Source: a virus
Lineage: Duplodnaviria > Caudoviricetes
IMG/VR virus record: IMGVR_UViG_3300012953_000012
Span: 32,001 to 96,000 of that record
Length of the DNA stretch: 64,000 bases
Strand: one strand, 5' to 3'
The notes beneath the pieces are model-generated. The model worked only from the letters and a program-made list of their open reading frames with translations. It was not told the origin of the DNA and did not search any database. The position numbers and the translations under genes are program-made. Below are positions 29,806 to 38,063 of the stretch, in pieces. Every line of letters starts with the position of its first letter. Position 1 is the first letter of the stretch.

Positions 29806-29833
29806 GGGGGTAGGGAGGCCCCTCAGTCCGGTA
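29806..29833 (+). promoter_or_regulatory. Class II promoter-like motif GGGGG-N18-CGGTA
   Basis: 21 nt spacing to TA; heads the loader/DnaB/primase-ZBD operon. Confidence 0.65.
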
Positions 29834-29856
29834 AGACAATGAAACAGGAGAGCCCT

Positions 29857-30195
29857 ATGGATGACCCCAACACAACCCTCGATGCCCTTAGGCGAAGCGC
29901 CGATAAAGCCGCTGTTCAGCGTGTGGTCGTCGTGATCCGCGCCGAGACTGACGGTACGACTGAACTCCTCAACTCCTACGATGGGGTGCGCGTCTATGAC
30001 AACGGCGCAGTGGACCCCCGTGTCACGATGGGTGGCCCACTGCCCGTGTTCGCCCGATGGTCGGACTGCGAGTCCTATCTGTTGGAGGACCCCGGCAAGC
30101 GGAGACCGTGCCTCCTTTCCTATGACGAGGCCCAGAGGGTCTTCAAGACCTCCTTCGCGGACTACACCGACTACATCACGGAGCACACCGAATGA
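29857..30195 (+). CDS. Hypothetical protein
   Basis: GGAG SD before ATG 29857; coupled to next gene. Confidence 0.65.
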   Translation: MDDPNTTLDALRRSADKAAVQRVVVVIRAETDGTTELLNSYDGVRVYDNGAVDPRVTMGGPLPVFARWSDCESYLLEDPGKRRPCLLSYDEAQRVFKTSFADYTDYITEHTE

Positions 30196-30917
30196 GTGCC
30201 CCCAGCCCAGAGTGCAGGATCTGTGGGGGGAGTGGGATGGTCGAAGCACCGCCTGACCCACCCCACCCCCCATCGTTCGACAGGTGTGAGTGTACGCTCC
30301 GTAAGGACATCCTCACCAACGTCGAGCGCGGATACCCCGGCCTCTCGGTGGCACCTGTCATTGAGAAGACCCCGCTTCTCGGCCACCACGCCGAGAACGT
30401 CTGGGTCACGACCGGGCAGACCTTCTTCTCCCACCTTCGGCATGTGGCGGTGCGTCAACCGGCAACGTGGTCATTCAAAGTGATCTCGGACGCGGAGTTG
30501 GTCACCGCATGGCTCGCCACGGCGGGTCTGGGGAGCGGTGAGATCATCGACCCGGATGCCTACAAGGTGAGCACAAAGTACATGACCATCCCAGACCTGG
30601 TGTCACCGCCGGACCTGGTGGTGATCCGCATGGGGATCAAGGTGGCCCGCAACGTCGCTGCCCCAGAAGTATTGGCCGAGGCTCTCAACACCCGGCTCCA
30701 CGCCCGTAAGCCCACCTGGGTGTGGGACACCAAGGCTTCCCCTTTGGATGCCGGGAGCCTGTTTTGGTCTACTGAGGTTGCTTCGACCCTGTCCTCATTC
30801 AAGCGCCTCGGGGGCAACGGTGGCGGCGGGATGCCCCCCGGCGGCCCGAAACCCGCTACGAAGAAGCCAAAGCGAGGGGGTATGTCCCGCAAGAAGACTC
30901 TGCGAGGTGGGGGATGA
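30192..30917 (+). CDS. DnaC/IstB-like helicase-loader homolog with N-terminal Cys cluster and no intact P-loop
   Basis: CRICGGSG...CEC; PDLVVIRMG at the Walker B position; EALNTRLHARKPTWV as in DnaC; immediately upstream of DnaB. Confidence 0.6.
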   Translation: MSAPSPECRICGGSGMVEAPPDPPHPPSFDRCECTLRKDILTNVERGYPGLSVAPVIEKTPLLGHHAENVWVTTGQTFFSHLRHVAVRQPATWSFKVISDAELVTAWLATAGLGSGEIIDPDAYKVSTKYMTIPDLVSPPDLVVIRMGIKVARNVAAPEVLAEALNTRLHARKPTWVWDTKASPLDAGSLFWSTEVASTLSSFKRLGGNGGGGMPPGGPKPATKKPKRGGMSRKKTLRGGG

Positions 30918-32395
30918 AGGTACTCCTGCGATCCTCGTTCCGTGATGGGACGAAGGACAACCCGACGCTGTTCCTGCGGAACGCACAGTCACTCCGGGAC
31001 TCCGGGCTCGGGTTCGACCTCCCCGAAGACGGGGCCATCTGGGCCTACGTCACAGACTTCATCGACCAGCATCATCACGTCCCGGACGCTTCGACGATCC
31101 GAGGGCACTTTGACCGGGTCAACCAGGTCCCTGTGGTGGACCGGCTGGACATGCTCTGCGTCGAGAAACCGCGCACTCAGGGCGACTTCCTGCAACTGCT
31201 GGAGTCCCGCGTCCAGGACCGTCGCATCCGTGTGGTCACGGAGGTACTGCGGGAAGCCGCACGCATCGTAGACACTGGGGTCACCATCAAGGAAGGCTAC
31301 GAGGAGCGCATCCTCCGTGGTCCGGCCCACGCTGTCCGCTACGTCCTCGACAACAGCCACCGGGTCATCACCCCGGTCAACGGTGTCCGGCTCACCGGTG
31401 ACGTGACCTCGGACGGCGATGCCTTCCTCAAGGAGTACGAGCGGGTGGAGAACGACCCGCTCGCAGGCATCGGTCAGTTTAGCGGCCTGCGCCAGATGGA
31501 CGTGGCCTTGAAGGGCGCGAAGCGCGGCGAGTTGTGGACCCATGCGGCGTTCACGGGCGGGCTCAAGTCCACGCTGTCGATGAACTGGCACTACAACCAG
31601 GCGGTCTACTACCAGCACAGCAGCGTCCTATTCTCGCTGGAGATGCCCTACCAACAGGTGCGGCGCATCATCTACGCCATCCACTCCAGCCACGAGAAGT
31701 TTGCCCAGGCCCGCAAGGATCTGGGCATCAGCAAGAGCCTCGACTACAGCAAGATCAGGGACGGAGAACTCAGCGCCAACGAGAAGAAGTTCATGGCCGA
31801 GCACGTCGTCCCAGACTTCAATGACCCCACGAACAACTACGGCCACATCCACATCGAGGTCGCTGACCCGGACAAGAGCGACTTCAACGTGAATGACCTC
31901 CGCTCGCGGTGCGAACTGCTGTACTCCAAGGACCCTGCGATCCGCATGGTCACGGTGGACCACGCCGGGCTGATGCAGAGCCGTGGAAAGTACCGGAGCA
32001 CCACCGAGAAACTGAACGAGGTCCTTCGTGATCTCAAGCGTCTCGCTATGTCGTTCAACCGAGGGGCGGGCATCGCGGTCATCGCTCTGTTCCAGATCAG
32101 CCGAGAAGGCTACAAGGCCGCCGAGAAGAACGGCGGTCGGTACAACCTGACTCACCTGTCCTATGCAAACGAGGCCGAGCGTTCGTCTGACATCGTGACG
32201 GCAGGGTGGGTGGACACCGAGTTGCGGGAGTCGAACCTGGTCAAGATCCAGTGCCTCAAGTCCCGTGACAACGCACCGTTCCAGGACTTCTACGCCGGGG
32301 TGTTGTGGCCCTGCCGCCGGTTGATCACCACCAACGATGTCACGCCGCAGACCGCACAGCGTGTAGGACAGGACATCGACCTGGGAGACCTGTAA
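30914..32395 (+). CDS. dnaB: Replicative DNA helicase, DnaB family
   Basis: AFTGGLKST (Walker A variant), LFSLEM, MVTVDHAGL, IALFQISR, NEAERSSDIV, IQCLKSRD. Confidence 0.88.
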   Translation: MKVLLRSSFRDGTKDNPTLFLRNAQSLRDSGLGFDLPEDGAIWAYVTDFIDQHHHVPDASTIRGHFDRVNQVPVVDRLDMLCVEKPRTQGDFLQLLESRVQDRRIRVVTEVLREAARIVDTGVTIKEGYEERILRGPAHAVRYVLDNSHRVITPVNGVRLTGDVTSDGDAFLKEYERVENDPLAGIGQFSGLRQMDVALKGAKRGELWTHAAFTGGLKSTLSMNWHYNQAVYYQHSSVLFSLEMPYQQVRRIIYAIHSSHEKFAQARKDLGISKSLDYSKIRDGELSANEKKFMAEHVVPDFNDPTNNYGHIHIEVADPDKSDFNVNDLRSRCELLYSKDPAIRMVTVDHAGLMQSRGKYRSTTEKLNEVLRDLKRLAMSFNRGAGIAVIALFQISREGYKAAEKNGGRYNLTHLSYANEAERSSDIVTAGWVDTELRESNLVKIQCLKSRDNAPFQDFYAGVLWPCRRLITTNDVTPQTAQRVGQDIDLGDL

Positions 32396-33036
32396 TGCGT
32401 ATGGTCCACGTCCTGCGGAAGCCCTTGTCCGAAGGGACAGTCGCCTCCAACGTCCTCAAGCACGGTTGTGGTGGTTTGAACATCGACGCTTCCCGTATCT
32501 CCAGCACCGGAGATCACATGCGTCCCTTCCAGCCCACGAACAACGACCGTGAGGTCTACGGGGTTCAGGCTGGGTTTCAGCCTACCAACCACAAGGGAGG
32601 CCGTTGGCCTGCCAATGTGATCCTCCAGCACCTCGACGGTTGTCGGTGCGATGGGGTCAAGAGGGTGAAGGCGTGTGGCGGGACGAGGACGTTCACGCGG
32701 TCCACAGCAAAGGATAGAAACGGGCAGACTGGGGCTGCTTACGGTGCGGAGTCGCGCCCCGAAGGAACCGAGCACGTCAACTACGCCGACGCAGAAGGCA
32801 AGGAAACCATCGCCAACTGGATCTGTGAACCCGGCTGTCCCGTTGCTCGGCTGGATGAACAGACAAAACTCTCGCAAAGCAGCAGACCCAACCGGGTCTC
32901 TGGGCAGTTCACTCAGCCCGGTCAGAAGGGTCTTATCTACGGCAACGGCTTCGGCGGTGTGTTGTCTCCCACTTACAACGACAAGGGGGGAGCCAGTCGC
33001 TTCTACAAGCAGGTAGGCGGCAAGGCCGATGGGTAG
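32395..33036 (+). CDS. Stand-alone internal (variable) region of a phage N6/N4 DNA methyltransferase, no catalytic motifs
   Basis: RKPLSEGTVASNVLKHGCGGLNIDASRI, GRWPANVIL, GGASRFY; no DPPY and no FxGxG. Confidence 0.65.
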   Translation: MRMVHVLRKPLSEGTVASNVLKHGCGGLNIDASRISSTGDHMRPFQPTNNDREVYGVQAGFQPTNHKGGRWPANVILQHLDGCRCDGVKRVKACGGTRTFTRSTAKDRNGQTGAAYGAESRPEGTEHVNYADAEGKETIANWICEPGCPVARLDEQTKLSQSSRPNRVSGQFTQPGQKGLIYGNGFGGVLSPTYNDKGGASRFYKQVGGKADG

Positions 33037-33661
33037 GGCAAAGGCGGCAGCAGACCGCATCCGAGCCGAAGTACCCATCGTGGACGTGCTCTATGAGTAC
33101 GGCTACCACGTCCACCCAGACGGAGACGACCGGGAGCAGCAGTTTTCGTGTGATCTCCACGGCGACGGGGCTGACACGAAGCCCTCGGCCCGCGTGTACC
33201 CGGAGTCGGCCTCGTTCCACTGCTTCGCTTGCGGTAGATCACGGGACGCCATCACCCTCGTCCGAGAAAAGGAAGGCATCGACTTCTGGCCTGCCGTGAA
33301 GGCGCTGGAGGGCCGCTACGGTCTTGACCCCCTGCCATGGGAAGGACCCGAAGAGCCCCGCAAGGACAAGGCCGTCCACAAGATCAATGAGGCTCTGGAA
33401 CACACCGCCGAGACCCCGGAACAGTTGCTCAACAGGATCTCCCGGATCATCGACTCGTGTTGCCGAGAGCGCAGCATTCCGGCTGAGAGGTGCGCGGCCT
33501 TCTGGGAGGCACACGACAAGGTAGACACGGCCTGGCGTGAAAACGCGGCCCCCGAAGCCACTGTGAAGGCGGCTGCGAGCAAGGTCCTTCGCACCGTTCG
33601 TGAATACCTGGGGGTAGCCTCCGCTCAGACATCGGTACATCCCTCTGAGGAGAGCACATGA
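33029..33661 (+). CDS. Primase-type CHC2 zinc-finger domain protein without TOPRIM
   Basis: FSCDLHGD...KPSARVY...FHCFACGRSRDAITLV...DFWPAVKAL. Confidence 0.8.
   Translation: MGRAKAAADRIRAEVPIVDVLYEYGYHVHPDGDDREQQFSCDLHGDGADTKPSARVYPESASFHCFACGRSRDAITLVREKEGIDFWPAVKALEGRYGLDPLPWEGPEEPRKDKAVHKINEALEHTAETPEQLLNRISRIIDSCCRERSIPAERCAAFWEAHDKVDTAWRENAAPEATVKAAASKVLRTVREYLGVASAQTSVHPSEEST
33610..33637 (+). promoter_or_regulatory. Class II promoter-like motif GGGGG-N18-CGGTA
   Basis: 21 nt spacing to TA; inside the 3' end of the ZBD gene, upstream of polA. Confidence 0.65.
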
Positions 33662-36417
33662 ACATTCTGGAAAGCCTCAAAGAGATCAGCCGCCCAAAGG
33701 TCGCCAAAAAGCCGTGGATGGAGGCCGTAGATCTACGGCTCGCCACTGTGGATGACCTGGACACCATCGCACAGGAGTGCATCGACGCAGGCATCTACGC
33801 CCTGGACCTGGAAACGACGGGTCTGGACCAGCGAGCCTTTGCGGGCGGGTCTGGACGCAAAGAGACGGTGGACAAGATCGTCGGCTACTGCATCGCCCCC
33901 AGCCCGGAGAAGGGTTGGTACATCCCCGTCCGGCACAGGGCTGAAGGGGCAGCAGCAAACGTCCCGCCACGCCTTGCGGTGGACCTGGTCAACCGCATCC
34001 AGGAGACCGGGGCGCAGGTCGTCTTCCACAACGCCAAGTTCGACCAGAAGTTCCTCGACTACGAGCCCTCAGGCCGGGCCGGGGATTGGGATGACAACAC
34101 AACGTGGCACGACACCATGATTCTGGCCTACCTGCGGAACACCCGCACACGGGCGAAGGGTCTCAAGCCCCTGTCGAAGAATGAACTCGACCGGGAGATG
34201 ATCGAGATCAAGGAGTTGTTCCCACCCGAGGCCGTCAAGGCGAAGAAACTCGACTTCTCGACCCTGGACCCCACCTGGGAGCCTGTCGTCTGGTACGCAG
34301 CGGCAGACGCCGTGAACACCCTGGCGCTGTTCCACATCCTCCACCCCTCGGTCGTGGAGAAAGACAATCAGGGCCGCCACCAGAAGGGCATCTACAAGTT
34401 GGAGAAGGCGTGCCTGCGAGCAACCATGTGGATGGAACAGAACCGCATCAACATCGACCGTGACCGTCTGGAAGGGTTGATGCGCCTGGGCCAAGATGAG
34501 TGGTGGGGGTGCATCAACGAGGTCTACGACGAAGCCTCCACCATGCTGGAGCGCGACGTCCGCCCCTCGTGGGTCAAGGAGATGCAGACCGGCTACGACC
34601 CCAACACTCTGGACCCCAACTACATGGAGGTCCGAGAGCGGGCGATGGTGGGGTCACAGGACAAGGCGTTGGAGCCTATCGAGAGGTCTGTGCCTCGGCT
34701 CGATGACCCCCGCAGGCAGGAGAGCGTCGAGTTCCCAGCGGTCTACGACGTGACCATCCCCGCCAACCTCGGGATCATGCTGCGGGAGATGGGGGTTAAG
34801 GGCCTGGCGGTGACCGAAAAATCCGGCCAGGTCAAGACGAGCAAGGACGAGTTGGACCGCGTGATCTCGGAGGCTGGTGACCAGTTCCCGTTCATGGCGA
34901 AGGTCAAGCGGTTCCGTGAGGTCAGCAAAGGGTTGGGCACGTTCCTGTTCCCGATCTGGTGGGACACGACGCCCGAGCGCAGTCCGGGGGGCTGTGTGTG
35001 GGCCAACTTCAACGGGCAGAAGGTAGACACGGGCCGTTTCAGCACCCCGACCCCACGAGACAAGCACAAGGATCGCTTCATGGGTCAGGTTCGGTGGGGC
35101 GTCCACATGACCCCAGCGACCTACGACAAGTCCAAGCCCGAGTGCGTCCGGCGCATCCGGGAGGTCGTCACAGCGCGTCCTGGGCACGTCCTGTTCGCCA
35201 TCGACTACAGCGGCGTCGAGTTGCGGATCGTCACCAACCTGAGCGGCGAGCCGAAGTGGATCAACGAGTTTTTCCGGTGCTCCAGTTGCGAGCACACCTT
35301 CCCACGGGACGCCCGCCCGCCTCCCTTCTGCCCCGAGTGTGGGTCCGACAAGATCGGTGATCTCCACAGCCTCACGGCCATCGGTGTCTTCGGGGACGAG
35401 ATCAAGGGCACGGGTGAGTTCAAGCAGCGCCGCCAGGAGGCAAAGGCCCTCAACTTCGCCATGGCCTACGGTGGGGGTGGTTCCGCTGCCCAGCGTGCTG
35501 TCGGTGTGGACCGGGAGGAAGGCTGGCGCATCAAGAACCAGTACGACAAGACCTACAAGGTGCTGCGGAAGTGGTGGAAGAAGCAGCACCTGACTGCCCG
35601 CAAGCAGAAGTACGTCACGACCGCCTACGGTCGGAAGTACCCCCTTCCCGACATCGACCACGAGATGGGTGGCTTCCGGTCGAAGGCCGAGCGCAACAGC
35701 GTCAACGGACCTGTCCAGGGCACTTCTGCCGACATCATGAAGTTGGCGATGGCGAAGTTGTACCGGGCCTTCAAGAACCGAGACTGGCTCGACCTGGTGC
35801 TCATGACCATCACCATCCACGATGAGTTGGTCTTTGAGATTGACGAGCGGATCGCTGGTGAGGCCGTTGAGGTCATCGAGAAGATCATGGTGGACGATGC
35901 CGCGAAGGGTCTCCAGTGGCTCGTACCGCTCAAGGTGGATGTGGAGTTTGGCGACAACTGGACCGTGCCCTTCAACCTGACCGAGATGACCTGGAACCAG
36001 GGCGGCGGGAAGTGGACGGAGCACTGGGCCAAGGTGTTCCCGAAGCACTACCAGCACTACCTCTCGTGTGGTGGGGATCCCGTCAGCGGGGTGGAGGCCC
36101 CCACGGATGATCTCGCGACAACCACAGAGAAGGGTGTCCCTCTCCGAGATGTCAGCGAGGCCGAGATTGGAATCCGGTCACCTGACCGAACCAGCCCAGC
36201 CCGGAAGCCTGAAAAGGAAGGCACGTCCTACGTCTACCGTTTGCGGTCCTTGGACGCCCGGAATGCTGAGTGCCTGGCCCGCGTGATCCTGCGTTGTGAG
36301 GGTCGAGGCACCGATACCTTGTTTGTACGAGACAACAGAGGGAACGACCTCCTGGAGCGGCCCGTGCGGGTCGCTTACGAGGAGTTTCGTGTGATCGCCG
36401 ACTACGAGGGCCTGTGA
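33658..36417 (+). CDS. polA: DNA polymerase family A with 3'-5' exonuclease
   Basis: ALDLETTGL, FHNAKFD, YAAADA; motif A AIDYSGVELR, motif B RQEAKALNFAMAYG, motif C TIHDELVFE. Confidence 0.95.
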   Translation: MNILESLKEISRPKVAKKPWMEAVDLRLATVDDLDTIAQECIDAGIYALDLETTGLDQRAFAGGSGRKETVDKIVGYCIAPSPEKGWYIPVRHRAEGAAANVPPRLAVDLVNRIQETGAQVVFHNAKFDQKFLDYEPSGRAGDWDDNTTWHDTMILAYLRNTRTRAKGLKPLSKNELDREMIEIKELFPPEAVKAKKLDFSTLDPTWEPVVWYAAADAVNTLALFHILHPSVVEKDNQGRHQKGIYKLEKACLRATMWMEQNRINIDRDRLEGLMRLGQDEWWGCINEVYDEASTMLERDVRPSWVKEMQTGYDPNTLDPNYMEVRERAMVGSQDKALEPIERSVPRLDDPRRQESVEFPAVYDVTIPANLGIMLREMGVKGLAVTEKSGQVKTSKDELDRVISEAGDQFPFMAKVKRFREVSKGLGTFLFPIWWDTTPERSPGGCVWANFNGQKVDTGRFSTPTPRDKHKDRFMGQVRWGVHMTPATYDKSKPECVRRIREVVTARPGHVLFAIDYSGVELRIVTNLSGEPKWINEFFRCSSCEHTFPRDARPPPFCPECGSDKIGDLHSLTAIGVFGDEIKGTGEFKQRRQEAKALNFAMAYGGGGSAAQRAVGVDREEGWRIKNQYDKTYKVLRKWWKKQHLTARKQKYVTTAYGRKYPLPDIDHEMGGFRSKAERNSVNGPVQGTSADIMKLAMAKLYRAFKNRDWLDLVLMTITIHDELVFEIDERIAGEAVEVIEKIMVDDAAKGLQWLVPLKVDVEFGDNWTVPFNLTEMTWNQGGGKWTEHWAKVFPKHYQHYLSCGGDPVSGVEAPTDDLATTTEKGVPLRDVSEAEIGIRSPDRTSPARKPEKEGTSYVYRLRSLDARNAECLARVILRCEGRGTDTLFVRDNRGNDLLERPVRVAYEEFRVIADYEGL

Positions 36418-36713
36418 TGGACAACGAAGAACTCACCCAACAACTGACCCGGCTGACGCATACCGTCACGGAGTTACTTCTGTGGGTTCAGGAGGCCGAG
36501 TCGAAGGAGGTGTTGCCCCCAGGCACCCTCCGGGAAGCCCATCGCGTTGCTGAACGGGGGCGCGTCGTGAGTAGGATCAAGACCATGCGCGAGACGCTGG
36601 ACATGATCGACCAGGCCGATGATCTGACCAGCCTCCGGGTATCTTTGAGGGACTCCCTGAAACAACTGGAGGGTCGTGTGGATTCTATGAGAGGGGCACA
36701 TGGGAAGACGTAA
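36417..36713 (+). CDS. Hypothetical helical protein
   Basis: TGATG overlap with polA stop. Confidence 0.65.
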   Translation: MDNEELTQQLTRLTHTVTELLLWVQEAESKEVLPPGTLREAHRVAERGRVVSRIKTMRETLDMIDQADDLTSLRVSLRDSLKQLEGRVDSMRGAHGKT

Positions 36714-37044
36714 ACCCCTGGAACCACTACAGGCTGACGGGGCCGTCTACGAGTGCGCCCACAAGGACAGGTGGCCTCCGATTGAGGTCATCGCGTACCA
36801 GGCAGAACTGATCGACCCTCTTCCTCCTGGTGTTCCCATCGCTGAAGCCTTCCGAGGGGTCCTCTCGGACGTGACTCACCAACGCATCCGCACCTGGGAG
36901 CAGGTGTGCGGTCAGCGCGAAATGTCCCTACAGAAGTGCCCCGGCTGCCGATTCAGCCTCAAGGACGGGACCTCCACTACCGTTGTAGGGACGGGGTTGA
37001 CCCACACGATCCACACCCCACACCCCAAGAAGAAGCGACAGTAG
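36700..37044 (+). CDS. Hypothetical protein with Cys cluster
   Basis: GAGGGG SD; C-x7-C-x2-C. Confidence 0.6.
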   Translation: MGRRKPLEPLQADGAVYECAHKDRWPPIEVIAYQAELIDPLPPGVPIAEAFRGVLSDVTHQRIRTWEQVCGQREMSLQKCPGCRFSLKDGTSTTVVGTGLTHTIHTPHPKKKRQ

Positions 37045-37071
37045 GGGGAGGGGGAGAGTATCTTTCGGGTA
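37044..37071 (+). promoter_or_regulatory. Class II promoter-like motif GGGGG-N17-CGGGTA
   Basis: 21 nt spacing to TA. Confidence 0.65.
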
Positions 37072-37097
37072 TTACAGGGCTCACCAGAGGTAGCATT

Positions 37098-37661
37098 ATG
37101 ACCCCCATGACTGACATCTTCTTCGTGGACGAGGACCCCACCCTGTGCGCTCAAGTGCTTTCAGACCAGCATGTTCGGACGCAGGTGGCACAAGTCGGAG
37201 CGGTTTTGGCCGCTTCTTTGTCCCACAGAGGGGTCGCAGGTGGACCGATCCTCAGCAAAGCCACCCGCCGATCCGGCGTGCGTGCGAACACCGCTGCAAT
37301 CGCCTGGGCCAACGAGAACTGGGATCACTTCATGTGGCTCGTCTTCTTCGGCATGGCCGTCATGGAGGAGCACGACCACCGATTCGGGGTCATGCACCCC
37401 TCAAGCGCAGTTGTCCTCGCAGCAGGCAACGTCGGCCATCTGTTGCATGAGGGGGATCCGCTCATCCCTGCGACCTGGCCGACAACTCAGGCGTCCCGCG
37501 AGTACATCAACCGCTACGACTTCACCCCGTTCAACGCCTACCAGAACGTCCTCCGTGACCTCTACGAGGTCTGGGCTGAGGGCGATGACTGCGCGACCTG
37601 GACCAACACCTACCCGCCCAACTGGTTGTCGGATGTAGGGGAAGTGCTGCACACCGACTGA
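37098..37661 (+). CDS. Pyrimidine-dimer DNA glycosylase (T4 endonuclease V-like) homolog
   Basis: IFFVDEDPTLCAQVLSDQHV resembles the family N-terminus; WANE..HFMWL and FGVMHPS also fit. Confidence 0.7.
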   Translation: MTPMTDIFFVDEDPTLCAQVLSDQHVRTQVAQVGAVLAASLSHRGVAGGPILSKATRRSGVRANTAAIAWANENWDHFMWLVFFGMAVMEEHDHRFGVMHPSSAVVLAAGNVGHLLHEGDPLIPATWPTTQASREYINRYDFTPFNAYQNVLRDLYEVWAEGDDCATWTNTYPPNWLSDVGEVLHTD

Positions 37662-37664
37662 CGC

Positions 37665-37679
37665 GGTAGTCCTACTATA
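37665..37679 (+). promoter_or_regulatory. Class III motif (GGTAG-TCCTA-CTATA)
   Basis: Exact spacing match in an intergenic gap; TAG here is not a stop codon. Confidence 0.65.
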
Positions 37680-37730
37680 GGACCGGGAGGGTGGAGTCTC
37701 CATGTCGCCAACCCTTCGCAGAGCCGTCTG

Positions 37731-38063
37731 ATGCCCCGCATCTACACAAAGGTCATCCCAGTGAGGACCGTGGTCGATGTAGTGAAGCGCGACCCGCAGT
37801 GGTCGAACGCTGAGGACGCCCCCACGATCTCAATCAAGGTCAAGGTGACCTTTGAGACAGTCTTCACGGAGCACAAAGAAGCCCTGTGGTTGGAGGGTGA
37901 TGTGCAGGTGTGGCCCGACCGTGGGGTGGACATCCTCGCACTGGAGCCGCAGTACGGCACCGTCATCGGCCCCCGCGTGGCTACGGTCCTGGACATTTAT
38001 GAGGACGCGCTTCGACAGGCGTTCAAGGACACCAATCTGAACATCCTGGGGGTGGCACCGTGA
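37731..38063 (+). CDS. Hypothetical protein
   Basis: Preceded by 9-codon ORF 37702..37731 with TGATG overlap. Confidence 0.65.
   Translation: MPRIYTKVIPVRTVVDVVKRDPQWSNAEDAPTISIKVKVTFETVFTEHKEALWLEGDVQVWPDRGVDILALEPQYGTVIGPRVATVLDIYEDALRQAFKDTNLNILGVAP

Noticed and set aside
29793-29815. G-rich tracts as G-quadruplexes (also 37044-37054, 39158-39167)
   Set aside because: The G-runs sit at a fixed distance from CGG(G)TA and are better explained as the class II upstream element
30914-36417. Inteins or introns in DnaB or PolA
   Set aside because: Motif spacing is near normal, with no C/S...HN splice ends or LAGLIDADG motifs
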